A stretch of DNA of 64,000 nucleotides from Promethearchaeota archaeon (GCA_016839555.1 JAEOUA010000008.1:262372-326371); one strand, 5' to 3'; shown: positions 20,330-30,312, numbered from the stretch's first letter. Made by a program: numbers and translations. Notes: generated from the letters alone by a model not told the origin.

Positions 20330-21514
20330 ATGTTTAAAATTATTTTAAATATTCTTAAAGGAAAAGCAAAAGCAGCTTTTGGAAAACCATTAAAGGGTGA
20401 TGAACGATTTTTATTGACTTCCCTTTATTCCAAAACTGATAGGATTGCAACATTAATTACAGCTAGTAATGTCCATCCAACTCTAATTGATCCAGATTAT
20501 GACTTTGTTAAATTAACAGAAAGCGTGGATGCAAATCTAGAATTATTACAAAAACTCCTCAATCGTTTTGATTTTGATGCCGCTATGCCTCCTTCATGGC
20601 TCGGATTAGCTGGCTGTGGTTTGGAGGAATTAGGAACTTCTATGCGTATCACTCCTATGGTAGAACCCACACCTTATAAATTTGCGTTAGATAAAGTCTC
20701 TTTAAATGAACTATCTCTTCCGGAAAATACTGGGTATTTAGAGAAACAAATTCGGTTAATATGCGAAGTTCAAGACCGTTATGCCATGAATGCTCCTCCT
20801 ATAATATTAGGAGCATTTGATCTTGCGATGTTATTACGTGGAGAAAAACTTATCACAGATTTCCGTCTTTATAGAGATTATTTAAAAGCTTCTAATGAAA
20901 CTATCAAGCAAAAAATAGAAAAGAGGGGCGATCCCAATTTCTTCCCACGGCTTTTAGACTATACAACTAAGGTCAGTATTCATATTGGGAATATGTATAA
21001 ATCGCAAGGAGCCAATATGCTAGGGATTGTAATAACTGACCAATATGCCAATCCTCCACTTATGTCTCCAGATGATTTTTTGACATATATTTATCCGTAT
21101 GTCGAAAAAGTATGGAAAAGTTTCAAAAAATATCGACCCACAGTAGGTTATATGGCACCTTCTCCAAGTATTATAGAGGAAATTCTCGAATACCGTGCTT
21201 TAAGCGGAATAGCTTGTTTTAACAATTACATGTTTCCACAAAATGAGATGGGGGTTACTTCAGCAGAATACGACGCTCAGATGGTAGAATTATCAAAAAA
21301 ACTTAAAACACCTTACCAATTTCTTATACATGGAAAATTTATAAGAGATTGCACGGAGAAGGAATTAGAAAAGGAATTAGTGCGAGTGTGCAATTTAGTG
21401 ATGAAAAATAATATTCCTTTATCGATAGGTTTAGCAGCTGTACCTCTTGGAACCGATTTATCAAAAATAGATACATTTTTAAAAGTAATTAACAAATATG
21501 GGGTGTATGATTAG
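20330..21514 (+). CDS. Uroporphyrinogen decarboxylase/MtaA-like methyltransferase family protein, copy 2
   Basis: Close paralog of 18255-19442 with long identical peptide stretches. Confidence 0.7.
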   Translation: MFKIILNILKGKAKAAFGKPLKGDERFLLTSLYSKTDRIATLITASNVHPTLIDPDYDFVKLTESVDANLELLQKLLNRFDFDAAMPPSWLGLAGCGLEELGTSMRITPMVEPTPYKFALDKVSLNELSLPENTGYLEKQIRLICEVQDRYAMNAPPIILGAFDLAMLLRGEKLITDFRLYRDYLKASNETIKQKIEKRGDPNFFPRLLDYTTKVSIHIGNMYKSQGANMLGIVITDQYANPPLMSPDDFLTYIYPYVEKVWKSFKKYRPTVGYMAPSPSIIEEILEYRALSGIACFNNYMFPQNEMGVTSAEYDAQMVELSKKLKTPYQFLIHGKFIRDCTEKELEKELVRVCNLVMKNNIPLSIGLAAVPLGTDLSKIDTFLKVINKYGVYD

Positions 21515-22137
21515 TGTCTATTAAAGATATAGTATCTGAAGGAGATATTTACAGCATCCAAGAGGCTATAGAAAAAGACCTTCAAAAATCCGAACCAATA
21601 AAAGTATTAGATGAATTAATTGAGGGATTACAACATGCTGGTAAATTATTTGCCGATGATAAAATGTTTATTGTTGATTTAATGGTGGCTGCTGAAACAT
21701 TTAAAGAAGGATTAAATATTCTTCAACCATTATTAGGTGAAAAAAAAAGAGAAACTATTGGAAAGGTCGTTTTAGGAACTGTTCAAGGAGATGTACACGA
21801 TATTGGCAAAAATATTGTAAAGATTATGCTTGAAACTGCGGGCTTTGAAGTTATTGATCTTGGAAAAGATGTTCCAGCTGATAATTTTGTTGATGCCATA
21901 AAAGAACATAAGCCACAAATATTAGGTTTATCTGCCTTATTGACTTCAACGATGATTGAAATGGAAAACGTTATAAAAATGATTGATAAAGCAGGTCATC
22001 GAAATGATATTAAGATAATGATTGGTGGTGCTCCAGTCTCAGAAAGATATGCCCAATCTATTGGGGCTGATGCTTTTGCTGGAGATGCAGTCCATGCAAT
22101 TGACGAGGCTAAAAAACTGCTAGGAAAGTTGAAATAG
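21514..22137 (+). CDS. Corrinoid (B12-binding) protein, copy 2
   Basis: GDVHDIGKN; close paralog of 19442-20065; GTG start overlapping the upstream TAG. Confidence 0.92.
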   Translation: MSIKDIVSEGDIYSIQEAIEKDLQKSEPIKVLDELIEGLQHAGKLFADDKMFIVDLMVAAETFKEGLNILQPLLGEKKRETIGKVVLGTVQGDVHDIGKNIVKIMLETAGFEVIDLGKDVPADNFVDAIKEHKPQILGLSALLTSTMIEMENVIKMIDKAGHRNDIKIMIGGAPVSERYAQSIGADAFAGDAVHAIDEAKKLLGKLK

Positions 22138-22165
22138 CTATAAATTAAGGCATTAATTCATTAAG

Positions 22166-22849
22166 TTATATGTATAGAGTGTCAGTGTCTGGTTGATATT
22201 TTATTTTTTTTAGCTGCAATAAATGAAGAAGATAGATAAAATTTTCATATATCTGGATTTGATTTTCCATATCCTCAAAAACCTCATTAAACTTACAAGG
22301 TAATTTTTTTTTTATTTTTTCATAAAAATTTAGCATTTTTTCTGTAAATTTATGTTTGGGCAATTTTAAAATGAAATCTTCATCTATTTCTACTTTTTGT
22401 AGATGCTGTATGGTAAAAGAAGAAGTTTTATCAACCATAAGTCTCTCTTTACTCGATTCTAAAAAAGTATATGATAAGGGTTCAAGATTAAATGTTTTTA
22501 GCCAGCATCCACTAAAAAGCTCTAAAATTTCTGAATCTTCAGGTTCTGATTTTAAATATTCTTGAAATCTTTTTTCTTCATCTAAGGAATTCAACAAAGC
22601 TTTTAATTCTTCGAATTTTTTATCTAATAATTCACATGCTTCAATATAAGTTTTAGAAGTTTGATTAATATTTGAAATATTTAGAGAATCCTTTAATTGA
22701 TTGAAAATAGGAACTAACTGATATTCTAATAAAGAAATTTTACCTTCAAGAACGTCTTGATGTACTTTTTTGATCTTTTTTTGTATTTCTTCCAATAAAT
22801 TGTTAGAATCGGTCATTAATATGTTTGATTTCTTATTTTTCTTTTTCAT
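22166..22849 (-). CDS. Kleisin (ScpA/Nse4-like) subunit of an SMC complex
   Basis: Directly downstream of SMC; N-terminal helical region; C-terminal wHTH IYENFIYLLHLLQLKKIKYQ; likely start ATG 22816. Confidence 0.65.
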   Translation of the reverse strand: MKKKNKKSNILMTDSNNLLEEIQKKIKKVHQDVLEGKISLLEYQLVPIFNQLKDSLNISNINQTSKTYIEACELLDKKFEELKALLNSLDEEKRFQEYLKSEPEDSEILELFSGCWLKTFNLEPLSYTFLESSKERLMVDKTSSFTIQHLQKVEIDEDFILKLPKHKFTEKMLNFYEKIKKKLPCKFNEVFEDMENQIQIYENFIYLLHLLQLKKIKYQPDTDTLYI

Positions 22850-25800
22850 TTACTATTTTGGGAGGGTCAAAAATTTTAGAGACTTCTTTCTTGCCAATAC
22901 TCGCCACCCCAATTAATTTGTCTGCTAATCGATATAAAGCATTGGAAGATTTAGGTAAAAACAGGAGCATTTGAATCGGATTTTGGTCCAATGTTGATTT
23001 TATTAATTCATAGGTGATTTCGGCGTTTTTATCATCTAAAAACATCGCTGCTTCATCAAACATGCATAGTGGAGAGGGTTCCATTTCCTGTAGTGAGAGG
23101 ATAAGAGCTATTGAAACCATAGATATTTGACCTCCACTTAAGGCACTACAAGATATTAATGGATTATTTGATGTAGCAGCCTTGATATCGACTCCTAATT
23201 CTTCAAAAGAACCAACCAAATCTAATTCACAATATACATTTATATTAGTATCTTTGAATTTTTTATTTATTTTAGATTCTAGATTATTTAAAACATTTCT
23301 AAATTTATCATAATATGTATCTTCTAATTTGGTTTCTGTTTTTTTAGCTGCTTGAATATCTAATTCCAGATCATTTTGATTTTTAGTTATTTTCTTAAGA
23401 GAAGATAAAATTCTATCTTTTTCAACTAAAATAGAATCATCCACATCATAATATTTTAATAATTCTTTATCGATCTTTTGAATATTCTTTTGAATTTCTT
23501 CAATTGGTCTTGGTTTAAAATCTTCTTTTTTAACCTTTTCTCCGATCTCAGAATCTATTCTTTTTAAATCCTCGTTTTTGGCATTGAAATCTTGCTGTAC
23601 AGTTTCTAATTTATTTTTATGATCTTCTAAAGTTAAATGTAAAGACATATCACGTTTATTTAAATCCCCTTTTCTTTCTAATTTCTTTTTCTTTATTTCC
23701 ATATTTCCTTGAATTGCTTCTTTTATTTCATCTATAGATTCCTCAATCCTATCTAGCTCCCTATAAATTTCAAATGCCTCGCGATCTGCCTTCTCAAATT
23801 CTTTTTTTTTTGATTCATACTCTGCGGTTTGAAGATCTAATTCATTTTTAGATATATTTAGCTTTTGTTCTACGGCGTTTATTAATTCTTTTTTTTCTAG
23901 TAAATTTTCATTCCACCTTTTTTTCTCTTCATTAAGTTGTTGTAAAATATTGGGAATTTCCTTTATTCGTTTATTCCACTCGAAAAAATGAGGACTTTTC
24001 TTTTTCTCTAAAGCTTGTATTTGGATATTTAAGTTTTCAATCTCTTGAGAATATTGTGAATTTAACTCCTCCAACTCAATTTTTTTATCATATAGACTAT
24101 TTTTTTTATTAGTGATACGTTGTTTTTGCCTAAAATTATAAAGTAAATCATTAAAAGATTGTTTTTTATGATAGATATCTTGCTGAATATCATCTAATTT
24201 AGACGCTCTTACTTTTAATTCAGAGATTTCATCACTTAATTCCTTAATTTCTTCTTCTAACTTATCAGCTTGCTCTTTTTGTGTTCCTGCACTTAACAAA
24301 CCTTTTAATTTTTTATGATAAGGAGTTTCATATACATATTTATAAGAAATAATTTGTTCCCCCTTTAAGGTAACACATTTTCCTTTGAAATTATGTTTCT
24401 TATAAAGTTCTTGTCCATTTCTATAATTATTTACCACCAGACAATTCTTTATTTTAGAGTAGATTACTTTTCTAACGTCTTGATCATTCGTGTTGATTAG
24501 CTCAGCTAAATAACCTATTACCCCATCTGCATTGAAGGGTTTAAGTGGTTGAATTTGTTGTTTTTTAGGAATATAAAAATTACAATAAGCGTTGAATTTG
24601 GTTTTTAATCTTTTTAATAGGTTCATAGTGTCCCAATTCTTTGCGATAAAGCTATAGAGCTGTTTTTCTCCTAAAACAGATTCAATAGCATAGCTTAATT
24701 TATCATCATACTCAATATATTCAATTATAGGACCCTTTACTTCCAAATTTCGCTTTAAAATCTCTTCTTTTAAAATATTTATATTTGTCGGTAAAATTAT
24801 TCTCCGTTCAATCAATGAACTTTGTATCCTTCGAAATTCCCCTAATAAATTAGATTTCTTATATTCGTCTCTTTTTAATTTTTCTTCAAGATCATATAAT
24901 TGAGAAGAAATTTTTCTCAATTCTTTATCCAATTCCCCTAATAGATTTGGTGTTGGATTTTCAAGAAACCACTTATTTTTCTTTAACTTGTGATCAATCT
25001 CATGAAAACTCTCAAACAGTTGGTTAATTTGACTCTCAAAATCCTTAATTAATTCCTCATTTTTTCTAACATTGTTTTGTTTTTCTTCTCTTTGGGTAAT
25101 TAATTCATTATAATTTTCTAGAAATTGCTTATTTTTTTCTACTTTTTGTGCCAATTCTGCTTGTTCGTTAATTAGGTTCTCAAAATTTTTATCTATTTTC
25201 TTAATTTCCTCTTGAATAGTATTTATATTCTTATTAATGCTTATTTTTTGATTCTGATAATTTTTTAAAGTTTTATTTGTATCTTTGATTTTATTAGCAA
25301 TTTCATCGAGCTCTTGTTTCTTTTTTATTTTATCATATTGCCATTTATTAATTTCATCAATAAATTCTTGTTTTTTATATCTTTTTTCTCCAAGACTTTC
25401 AGAGAGACGATTTATATTCTCATCAATGTTATTAATTTTATTTTCAATTTTTTGAATCTTTATTAGATTCTTATTCTTCAAATCATCTGTTTGTTGGATT
25501 AAGGATTTGAATTTTTTAACACTTTCTGCCAAATTTACAATTTCTAATAGTAATTTCTGCCTATTTGCCCATAATAATTCATCTTGATATTTCCTTCTTT
25601 CTCTTAGTAATGCATTTTTTTCTTCCAATCGTTCTAGTTTAGGTCGTAGTAAATCTAAACTAATATTTAACGTTTTTTTTTGAGTTTTTAATGAACTTAA
25701 CTCAGTATATAAATTTTCTGTATTTCTTTTTCGCTCTAATATTTCTACCCTTAAACCTTTGAGTCCTATTCCTTCTTCAAGAAAAGCACAAAGTATCGTG

Positions 25801-26276
25801 GGTTTTAGATCTTTCAGGGAGTCGATCTTACCTTGACTCACATATGCAAATTGATTATCAACTTTATATCCTAATTCACTAACTAAATCATGGACTTCCC
25901 TTGCCTGAATTCTTTTAAATTCTGTGTCATTTTTACGTTGTATTGTAAAATAGGGAGATTGTCCTCTTATTACGATTCTTCTGAGTTTAATAATTTCCTC
26001 ATTATTTTGAATATGAAGCTCGACCATGGCATGCTCCTGATCATGTCTAATGAAAGAGGACCAATTAGTATATCTGTCATCTCTTTCATTACTTCCAAGT
26101 GCAAACTTAATCCCTTGAAATATGGTTGTTTTACCACTCCAATTTGGACCTATTATAATAATAAATTTAGAATCCCCAAATACAACCTCATCTTTTTGAA
26201 AGGAGAGAAAGTTTTCTAAAATAACTTTGTGTAGATGTATGCTATTATATTCAATAAGTTTTGCTTTGGCATCCAA
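22833..26276 (-). CDS. smc: SMC family ATPase, SMC5/6-like
   Basis: LENFLSF, Walker A GPNWSGKTT, Q-loop YVSQG, long coiled coils, hinge VKGPIIEYI...AIESVLG, signature LSGGQ, Walker B/D-loop CMFDEAAMFLD. Confidence 0.88.
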   Translation of the reverse strand: MDAKAKLIEYNSIHLHKVILENFLSFQKDEVVFGDSKFIIIIGPNWSGKTTIFQGIKFALGSNERDDRYTNWSSFIRHDQEHAMVELHIQNNEEIIKLRRIVIRGQSPYFTIQRKNDTEFKRIQAREVHDLVSELGYKVDNQFAYVSQGKIDSLKDLKPTILCAFLEEGIGLKGLRVEILERKRNTENLYTELSSLKTQKKTLNISLDLLRPKLERLEEKNALLRERRKYQDELLWANRQKLLLEIVNLAESVKKFKSLIQQTDDLKNKNLIKIQKIENKINNIDENINRLSESLGEKRYKKQEFIDEINKWQYDKIKKKQELDEIANKIKDTNKTLKNYQNQKISINKNINTIQEEIKKIDKNFENLINEQAELAQKVEKNKQFLENYNELITQREEKQNNVRKNEELIKDFESQINQLFESFHEIDHKLKKNKWFLENPTPNLLGELDKELRKISSQLYDLEEKLKRDEYKKSNLLGEFRRIQSSLIERRIILPTNINILKEEILKRNLEVKGPIIEYIEYDDKLSYAIESVLGEKQLYSFIAKNWDTMNLLKRLKTKFNAYCNFYIPKKQQIQPLKPFNADGVIGYLAELINTNDQDVRKVIYSKIKNCLVVNNYRNGQELYKKHNFKGKCVTLKGEQIISYKYVYETPYHKKLKGLLSAGTQKEQADKLEEEIKELSDEISELKVRASKLDDIQQDIYHKKQSFNDLLYNFRQKQRITNKKNSLYDKKIELEELNSQYSQEIENLNIQIQALEKKKSPHFFEWNKRIKEIPNILQQLNEEKKRWNENLLEKKELINAVEQKLNISKNELDLQTAEYESKKKEFEKADREAFEIYRELDRIEESIDEIKEAIQGNMEIKKKKLERKGDLNKRDMSLHLTLEDHKNKLETVQQDFNAKNEDLKRIDSEIGEKVKKEDFKPRPIEEIQKNIQKIDKELLKYYDVDDSILVEKDRILSSLKKITKNQNDLELDIQAAKKTETKLEDTYYDKFRNVLNNLESKINKKFKDTNINVYCELDLVGSFEELGVDIKAATSNNPLISCSALSGGQISMVSIALILSLQEMEPSPLCMFDEAAMFLDDKNAEITYELIKSTLDQNPIQMLLFLPKSSNALYRLADKLIGVASIGKKEVSKIFDPPKIVNEKEK

Positions 26277-26293
26277 TATTTATCACTATCCTC

Positions 26294-27577
26294 CTATTTC
26301 CCGAAAGATTTCTTTATTAAATCTATCCTTTTTTTTGCTTTCTCTAAATTTATCTGTGCTCTTGAAGGATTATCATTTAATATAAAAGGATATTCTGCTA
26401 ATATTTTTCTATCATTATCTTCAAGTGGTTCGTTTTTATCAAGTTTATCAATAATAATAACTAATTCGTTATAATTTTCCGAAGCAGCATTTTCATATAA
26501 TTGATCTAACATAAATTTTGAATAATTTTTTTCCTTTATCTCATCGATTATCTCCTTTATATTTAGATTTGAACCTATTTCTACACGTCTTTCTTCACTA
26601 TAGATTGGTTTTTCTCCTATTAATTCTTCCCTTGTTATTTTTTTTCTAAATTTAGAACTTTTTTTTTGACGAAGAGCCTCTTTTTTACAAGCTGGTATAT
26701 ATTCTCCATTTTGAATTACCTGGATAATGCTATCTGTTATTTCATTGCTTTTTGTGGTTAATTCTGAGTTTAAATAATGTTTTAAAATTGCAATTTTTAT
26801 TAATTGCTTAATTTCATTGACTTCCCAATCATTAGTTTTCTCAACTACTGTATTGAGTTCAAATACAACCTCTGGATTTTTTTCCATGAATTTTCTTAAG
26901 ATTTCTTGCCTATCTAATTTATTAAGTCTTGGAATTCTGATAAAATAATCGAAAATGTTAAATAATTCTCCCTCATAATCTAAAATCTCATTATAATCAT
27001 AATTGATCCAAATCAACACAAAATTGTTATTTAATAGATTATTTAAATTCTCATTTTCTTGATAATGAGTTAAAAGTTCCGTTAATAAATTTTTTCCTTC
27101 AAATATCTCTCGATATTCTTGTTTTTGGTTTATGATTAATAATTTCTTTTTCTTTTGTAATTGCTTTAATTTAACCTGTTTTTCTTCCGATTGCAATTCA
27201 TCTGATTGTAGTTTTTCTGAAATTAATTTATCAAAATTATTCAAAATTACATTAAAATTATTTAAAAAGTCCAATGGATTTTTTCTTATCTCTGATTCTT
27301 TTAATTGGACAAGACTTATATAATAATTGGAAGAAATTAATTTTAAATAATCTATGAGATCTGTTCCTGAAAAAATATTGATTAAAAGAGTTCCTTTGGG
27401 TTTTATGAAACTAAATATCTTTAATTCTTCTGAATAAGTTAAAAGTAATTTAAGATATTCAATAATTTCTTTATATTCATCCCGATAGAAAATACTCTCG
27501 TTACTAATTTCAATCTCCGAAGGGTCTATTATCTTGAGAAATTTTATTAAATGATTATTTGCAGTCAATTTCGTCAT
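26294..27577 (-). CDS. Degenerate (pseudo-ATPase) AAA+ domain protein
   Basis: PKGTLLINIFSGTD in place of PKGxLLxGPPGxGKT; FDYFIRIPRL...RQEIL and lid-like TNDWEVNEIKQLI; Walker A lysine absent. Confidence 0.6.
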   Translation of the reverse strand: MTKLTANNHLIKFLKIIDPSEIEISNESIFYRDEYKEIIEYLKLLLTYSEELKIFSFIKPKGTLLINIFSGTDLIDYLKLISSNYYISLVQLKESEIRKNPLDFLNNFNVILNNFDKLISEKLQSDELQSEEKQVKLKQLQKKKKLLIINQKQEYREIFEGKNLLTELLTHYQENENLNNLLNNNFVLIWINYDYNEILDYEGELFNIFDYFIRIPRLNKLDRQEILRKFMEKNPEVVFELNTVVEKTNDWEVNEIKQLIKIAILKHYLNSELTTKSNEITDSIIQVIQNGEYIPACKKEALRQKKSSKFRKKITREELIGEKPIYSEERRVEIGSNLNIKEIIDEIKEKNYSKFMLDQLYENAASENYNELVIIIDKLDKNEPLEDNDRKILAEYPFILNDNPSRAQINLEKAKKRIDLIKKSFGK

Positions 27578-27897
27578 TAAAGTAATAATAATTAATCATA
27601 ATAAATCTTTTTACATAAAATATTTAAGGCTTAATTTTTAACTTCTTTCCATTATTTTAACCGACAAAATTGACGATACTATTTTCCATTTTTCCCAAAT
27701 AATTCTGAATTAAGCCAAAATATAGTATTCGAGATAAGAAAAACGAGATTTTATGTTCAATTTTTCTTCTTTTTTTGACATAAAAATAAAAAATTCATGG
27801 AAAAATAACAATAGGAAATAAATTATAAATATTCGATTATAACTTATTTACATAATAATATAATTTTTATTAAAAAACTCAAAAAAGTGAAAAAATT

Positions 27898-27984
27898 ATG
27901 GATCCGTTTTGGATCTTTATAATCATCCTTGCTGCAGTAATCATAATAATCCTTATACTTGTGTATATATTTGTATTAACTTGA
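27898..27984 (+). CDS. 28-aa single-TM micro-protein MDPFWIFIIILAAVIIIILILVYIFVLT
   Basis: ATG preceded by AGTGA; entirely hydrophobic helix; below the ORF-track cutoff. Confidence 0.5.
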   Translation: MDPFWIFIIILAAVIIIILILVYIFVLT

Positions 27985-28092
27985 TCTCAAACACGCTTGC
28001 TCTCAAAAATAATACAATTATAAAGATTTTTTCTTTATTTATTTAAGAAAAATAAAAACATTAATTATTATATATTTCTTATTCAATTATTT

Positions 28093-28488
28093 TTAGACTC
28101 GTAATTCATATATAAGTAAATTCAAATAATATTCTAATTTTTCTCTTAAGATCTGATAATGAGTAAATTTGCCTTTTTTCCACCCTCTAATTAATCCTAT
28201 TTTTTCTAATTCCCGTAAATGATGTGAAATTGTTGATTGTGCTCTATTTAAAATCGCCTCTAGTTCACAAACACAATAATCTTTTTTTTTTAAGCTTTCG
28301 ATTATTTTTAGCCGTTCTTCATTTCCTAAGCTATTACAAAAGTTTAAAATATCACGAAAATTAGCCTTATGTTTTATAACCTTCCCAAATTCTTGTAATT
28401 CTTTAAAATACTCATCAACATTCACGCTTTTTAAATCCACACAACTTTCTAAAGTCTCAACTAGTTCCCTTTTTCTGGCTTTTTTAAT
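28093..28488 (-). CDS. arsR: ArsR/SmtB family metalloregulator
   Basis: RLKII...YCVCEL...QSTISHHLRELEKIGLI; frame is open to ATT 28488, placed 6 nt after AGGTGA (track start GTG 28440); divergent from acr3. Confidence 0.85.
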   Translation of the reverse strand: MKKARKRELVETLESCVDLKSVNVDEYFKELQEFGKVIKHKANFRDILNFCNSLGNEERLKIIESLKKKDYCVCELEAILNRAQSTISHHLRELEKIGLIRGWKKGKFTHYQILREKLEYYLNLLIYELRV

Positions 28489-28556
28489 CTCATTTCACCT
28501 TTTTCAAAAAATATCTACTTAAATTATATAATAATCAAATTTATTAAAAGATATAA

Positions 28557-28574
28557 AATCGATTCTTTTTGATT
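28557..28574. promoter_or_regulatory. Candidate ArsR operator AATCGA-N6-TTGATT
   Basis: Imperfect palindrome in the arsR/acr3 divergent intergenic region. Confidence 0.35.
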
Positions 28575-28662
28575 CAAATCGACAAACTTAAATCTGAGCC
28601 TAAATTATGATAAAATGGAGTTTTAAGTTTAAAGTAAACAAAATTATACTTGTTGATTAAAG

Positions 28663-29730
28663 TTGATTGATAAAGAAAAAAAACAAACAATAGTAAGGGA
28701 ATTAGAGGAGAGAGAAAAGAAACTTGTTTATTTTGAAAAGTATCTACCGTTATGGGTTTTAATATGCATTATTATAGGACTTCTTTTTTCTCAGTTGCTT
28801 CCTGGAATCGCAAATTTTATTGACTCTCTACAATTAGCAGGCATCTCAATACCTATTGGGATATGTCTTTTCCTAATGATGTATCCCGCTATGTTAAACG
28901 TGCAATTCAGTGAACTAAAAAAGTTAGGAAAACAACCAAAACCCATTATATTAACATTAATTTCTAATTGGCTAGTTGCTCCATTCGTAGGATTGCTTAT
29001 GGCTAAAATATTTCTTGTCGATGAACAACTAATCGTTGCTATTATATTATTATCGAGTTCTCCTTGCACGGCGATGGTTTTAGTCTGGGGATGGTTAGCA
29101 AAAGGGAATCAAGAACAGAATATTATAACCACAAGCTTAAATACAATAACCATTATAATTGGTTATGTTCCATTAGTGAAATTTTTGACGGGTCTCCAAA
29201 ATATTCCTCTCGATTGGTTACAACTATTAATTTCAGCTGGGGTATTTATTGGATTACCCTTATTAATTGGAATTCTTACAAGGTATATGTTAATAGATTC
29301 GAAAGGTCGAGAATGGTTTGAGGATACTTATAAACCAATAGTAGGAAAAGTTTCAATAGTTGCGCTATTATTCACTCTAATAATTCTTTTCTCATTAAAT
29401 GGAGAAGTATTAATAACTAATCCAGATTTAATGCTAATTATATCTATACCTCTATTAGTTGGATTTGCAATTGTGGTTGGTTATAATGTCTTAATAACTA
29501 AAATAGCAAAACTCGAATATCGTGAAGCAATTATCACCGTCATCATTGGTTCCTCAAGCCACTTTGAAATTGCAATTGCTACTGCTATCGCATTATATGG
29601 GGTTGGATCAATTGCAGCTTTGGGAACAACAATGGGATTATTTTGGGAGATCCCAGTTATGCTTTCCATAGTATATCTAGGAAGATATCTTGCTAAAAAG
29701 AAGTTCTGGAATCCTAGATCAATAAAATAA
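28663..29730 (+). CDS. acr3: ACR3 family arsenite efflux transporter
   Basis: FEKYLPLWV, MMYP, NW..AP, PCTAMVLVW, HFEIAIA, EIPVML. Confidence 0.92.
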   Translation: MIDKEKKQTIVRELEEREKKLVYFEKYLPLWVLICIIIGLLFSQLLPGIANFIDSLQLAGISIPIGICLFLMMYPAMLNVQFSELKKLGKQPKPIILTLISNWLVAPFVGLLMAKIFLVDEQLIVAIILLSSSPCTAMVLVWGWLAKGNQEQNIITTSLNTITIIIGYVPLVKFLTGLQNIPLDWLQLLISAGVFIGLPLLIGILTRYMLIDSKGREWFEDTYKPIVGKVSIVALLFTLIILFSLNGEVLITNPDLMLIISIPLLVGFAIVVGYNVLITKIAKLEYREAIITVIIGSSSHFEIAIATAIALYGVGSIAALGTTMGLFWEIPVMLSIVYLGRYLAKKKFWNPRSIK

Positions 29731-29883
29731 TTTATTTTAATTTTTATATTGGTGAGAACAATAGCAATTACTTATATGAAAAAACTTTGCGATCTCTGAT
29801 AAAAATTATTTAAGAATTAAGTAAGAATAAGATATATAATCTATAAAAATAAGATTTATATCAAAATATTAAATGAGGAGAAT

Positions 29884-30312
29884 ATGAAAAAACCCAATCT
29901 TATATTTTTATGTACACATAATGAAGCAAGAAGCCAAATGGCTGAAGCTTTTTTGAAAAAATACGTAGGAGATTATTTTAATGTGTTCAGCGCAGGATTT
30001 GAAAAAAGAAAAATACATCCTTCAACAATAAAAGTAATGGAAGAGAAGGGTTTTGATTTAAGTGAACATTATTCTAAAGAATTGAAACGATTTTTAGGAG
30101 AGAAAAAGTTTGAAATCGTTATCACAATGTGTCAAAAAGCTGAAGAACTCTGTCCTATTATTCCAAGAGTTATTACAAAATTATTTTGGGATATTGAAAA
30201 TCCTGCTTCGTTTGATGGAACCAAAGAAGAGCAAATACAAAAATTCCGAGAAATTCGAGATCTTATTGAAAATAAAATTAAATTATGGTTAAAAGAACGA
30301 GAAATTTTGTAA
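29884..30312 (+). CDS. arsC: LMW-PTP-fold (thioredoxin-dependent) arsenate reductase
   Basis: FLCTHNEARSQMAE, SAG, C...CP, W.IENP, FREIRD. Confidence 0.88.
   Translation: MKKPNLIFLCTHNEARSQMAEAFLKKYVGDYFNVFSAGFEKRKIHPSTIKVMEEKGFDLSEHYSKELKRFLGEKKFEIVITMCQKAEELCPIIPRVITKLFWDIENPASFDGTKEEQIQKFREIRDLIENKIKLWLKEREIL

Larger units (their letters stand above)
17855..22165. repeat. Tandem segmental duplication of about 2.1 kb (promoter + methyltransferase + corrinoid gene)
   Basis: Paralogous gene pairs; similar promoters (18190-18257 vs 20260-20332) and 3' flanks; 20110-20205 is a decayed copy of 17855-17950. Confidence 0.85.

Noticed and set aside
22166-27577. Wadjet/MksBEFG anti-plasmid system
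   Set aside because: No Toprim/JetD nuclease nearby, gene order differs and the SMC motifs look Smc5/6-like
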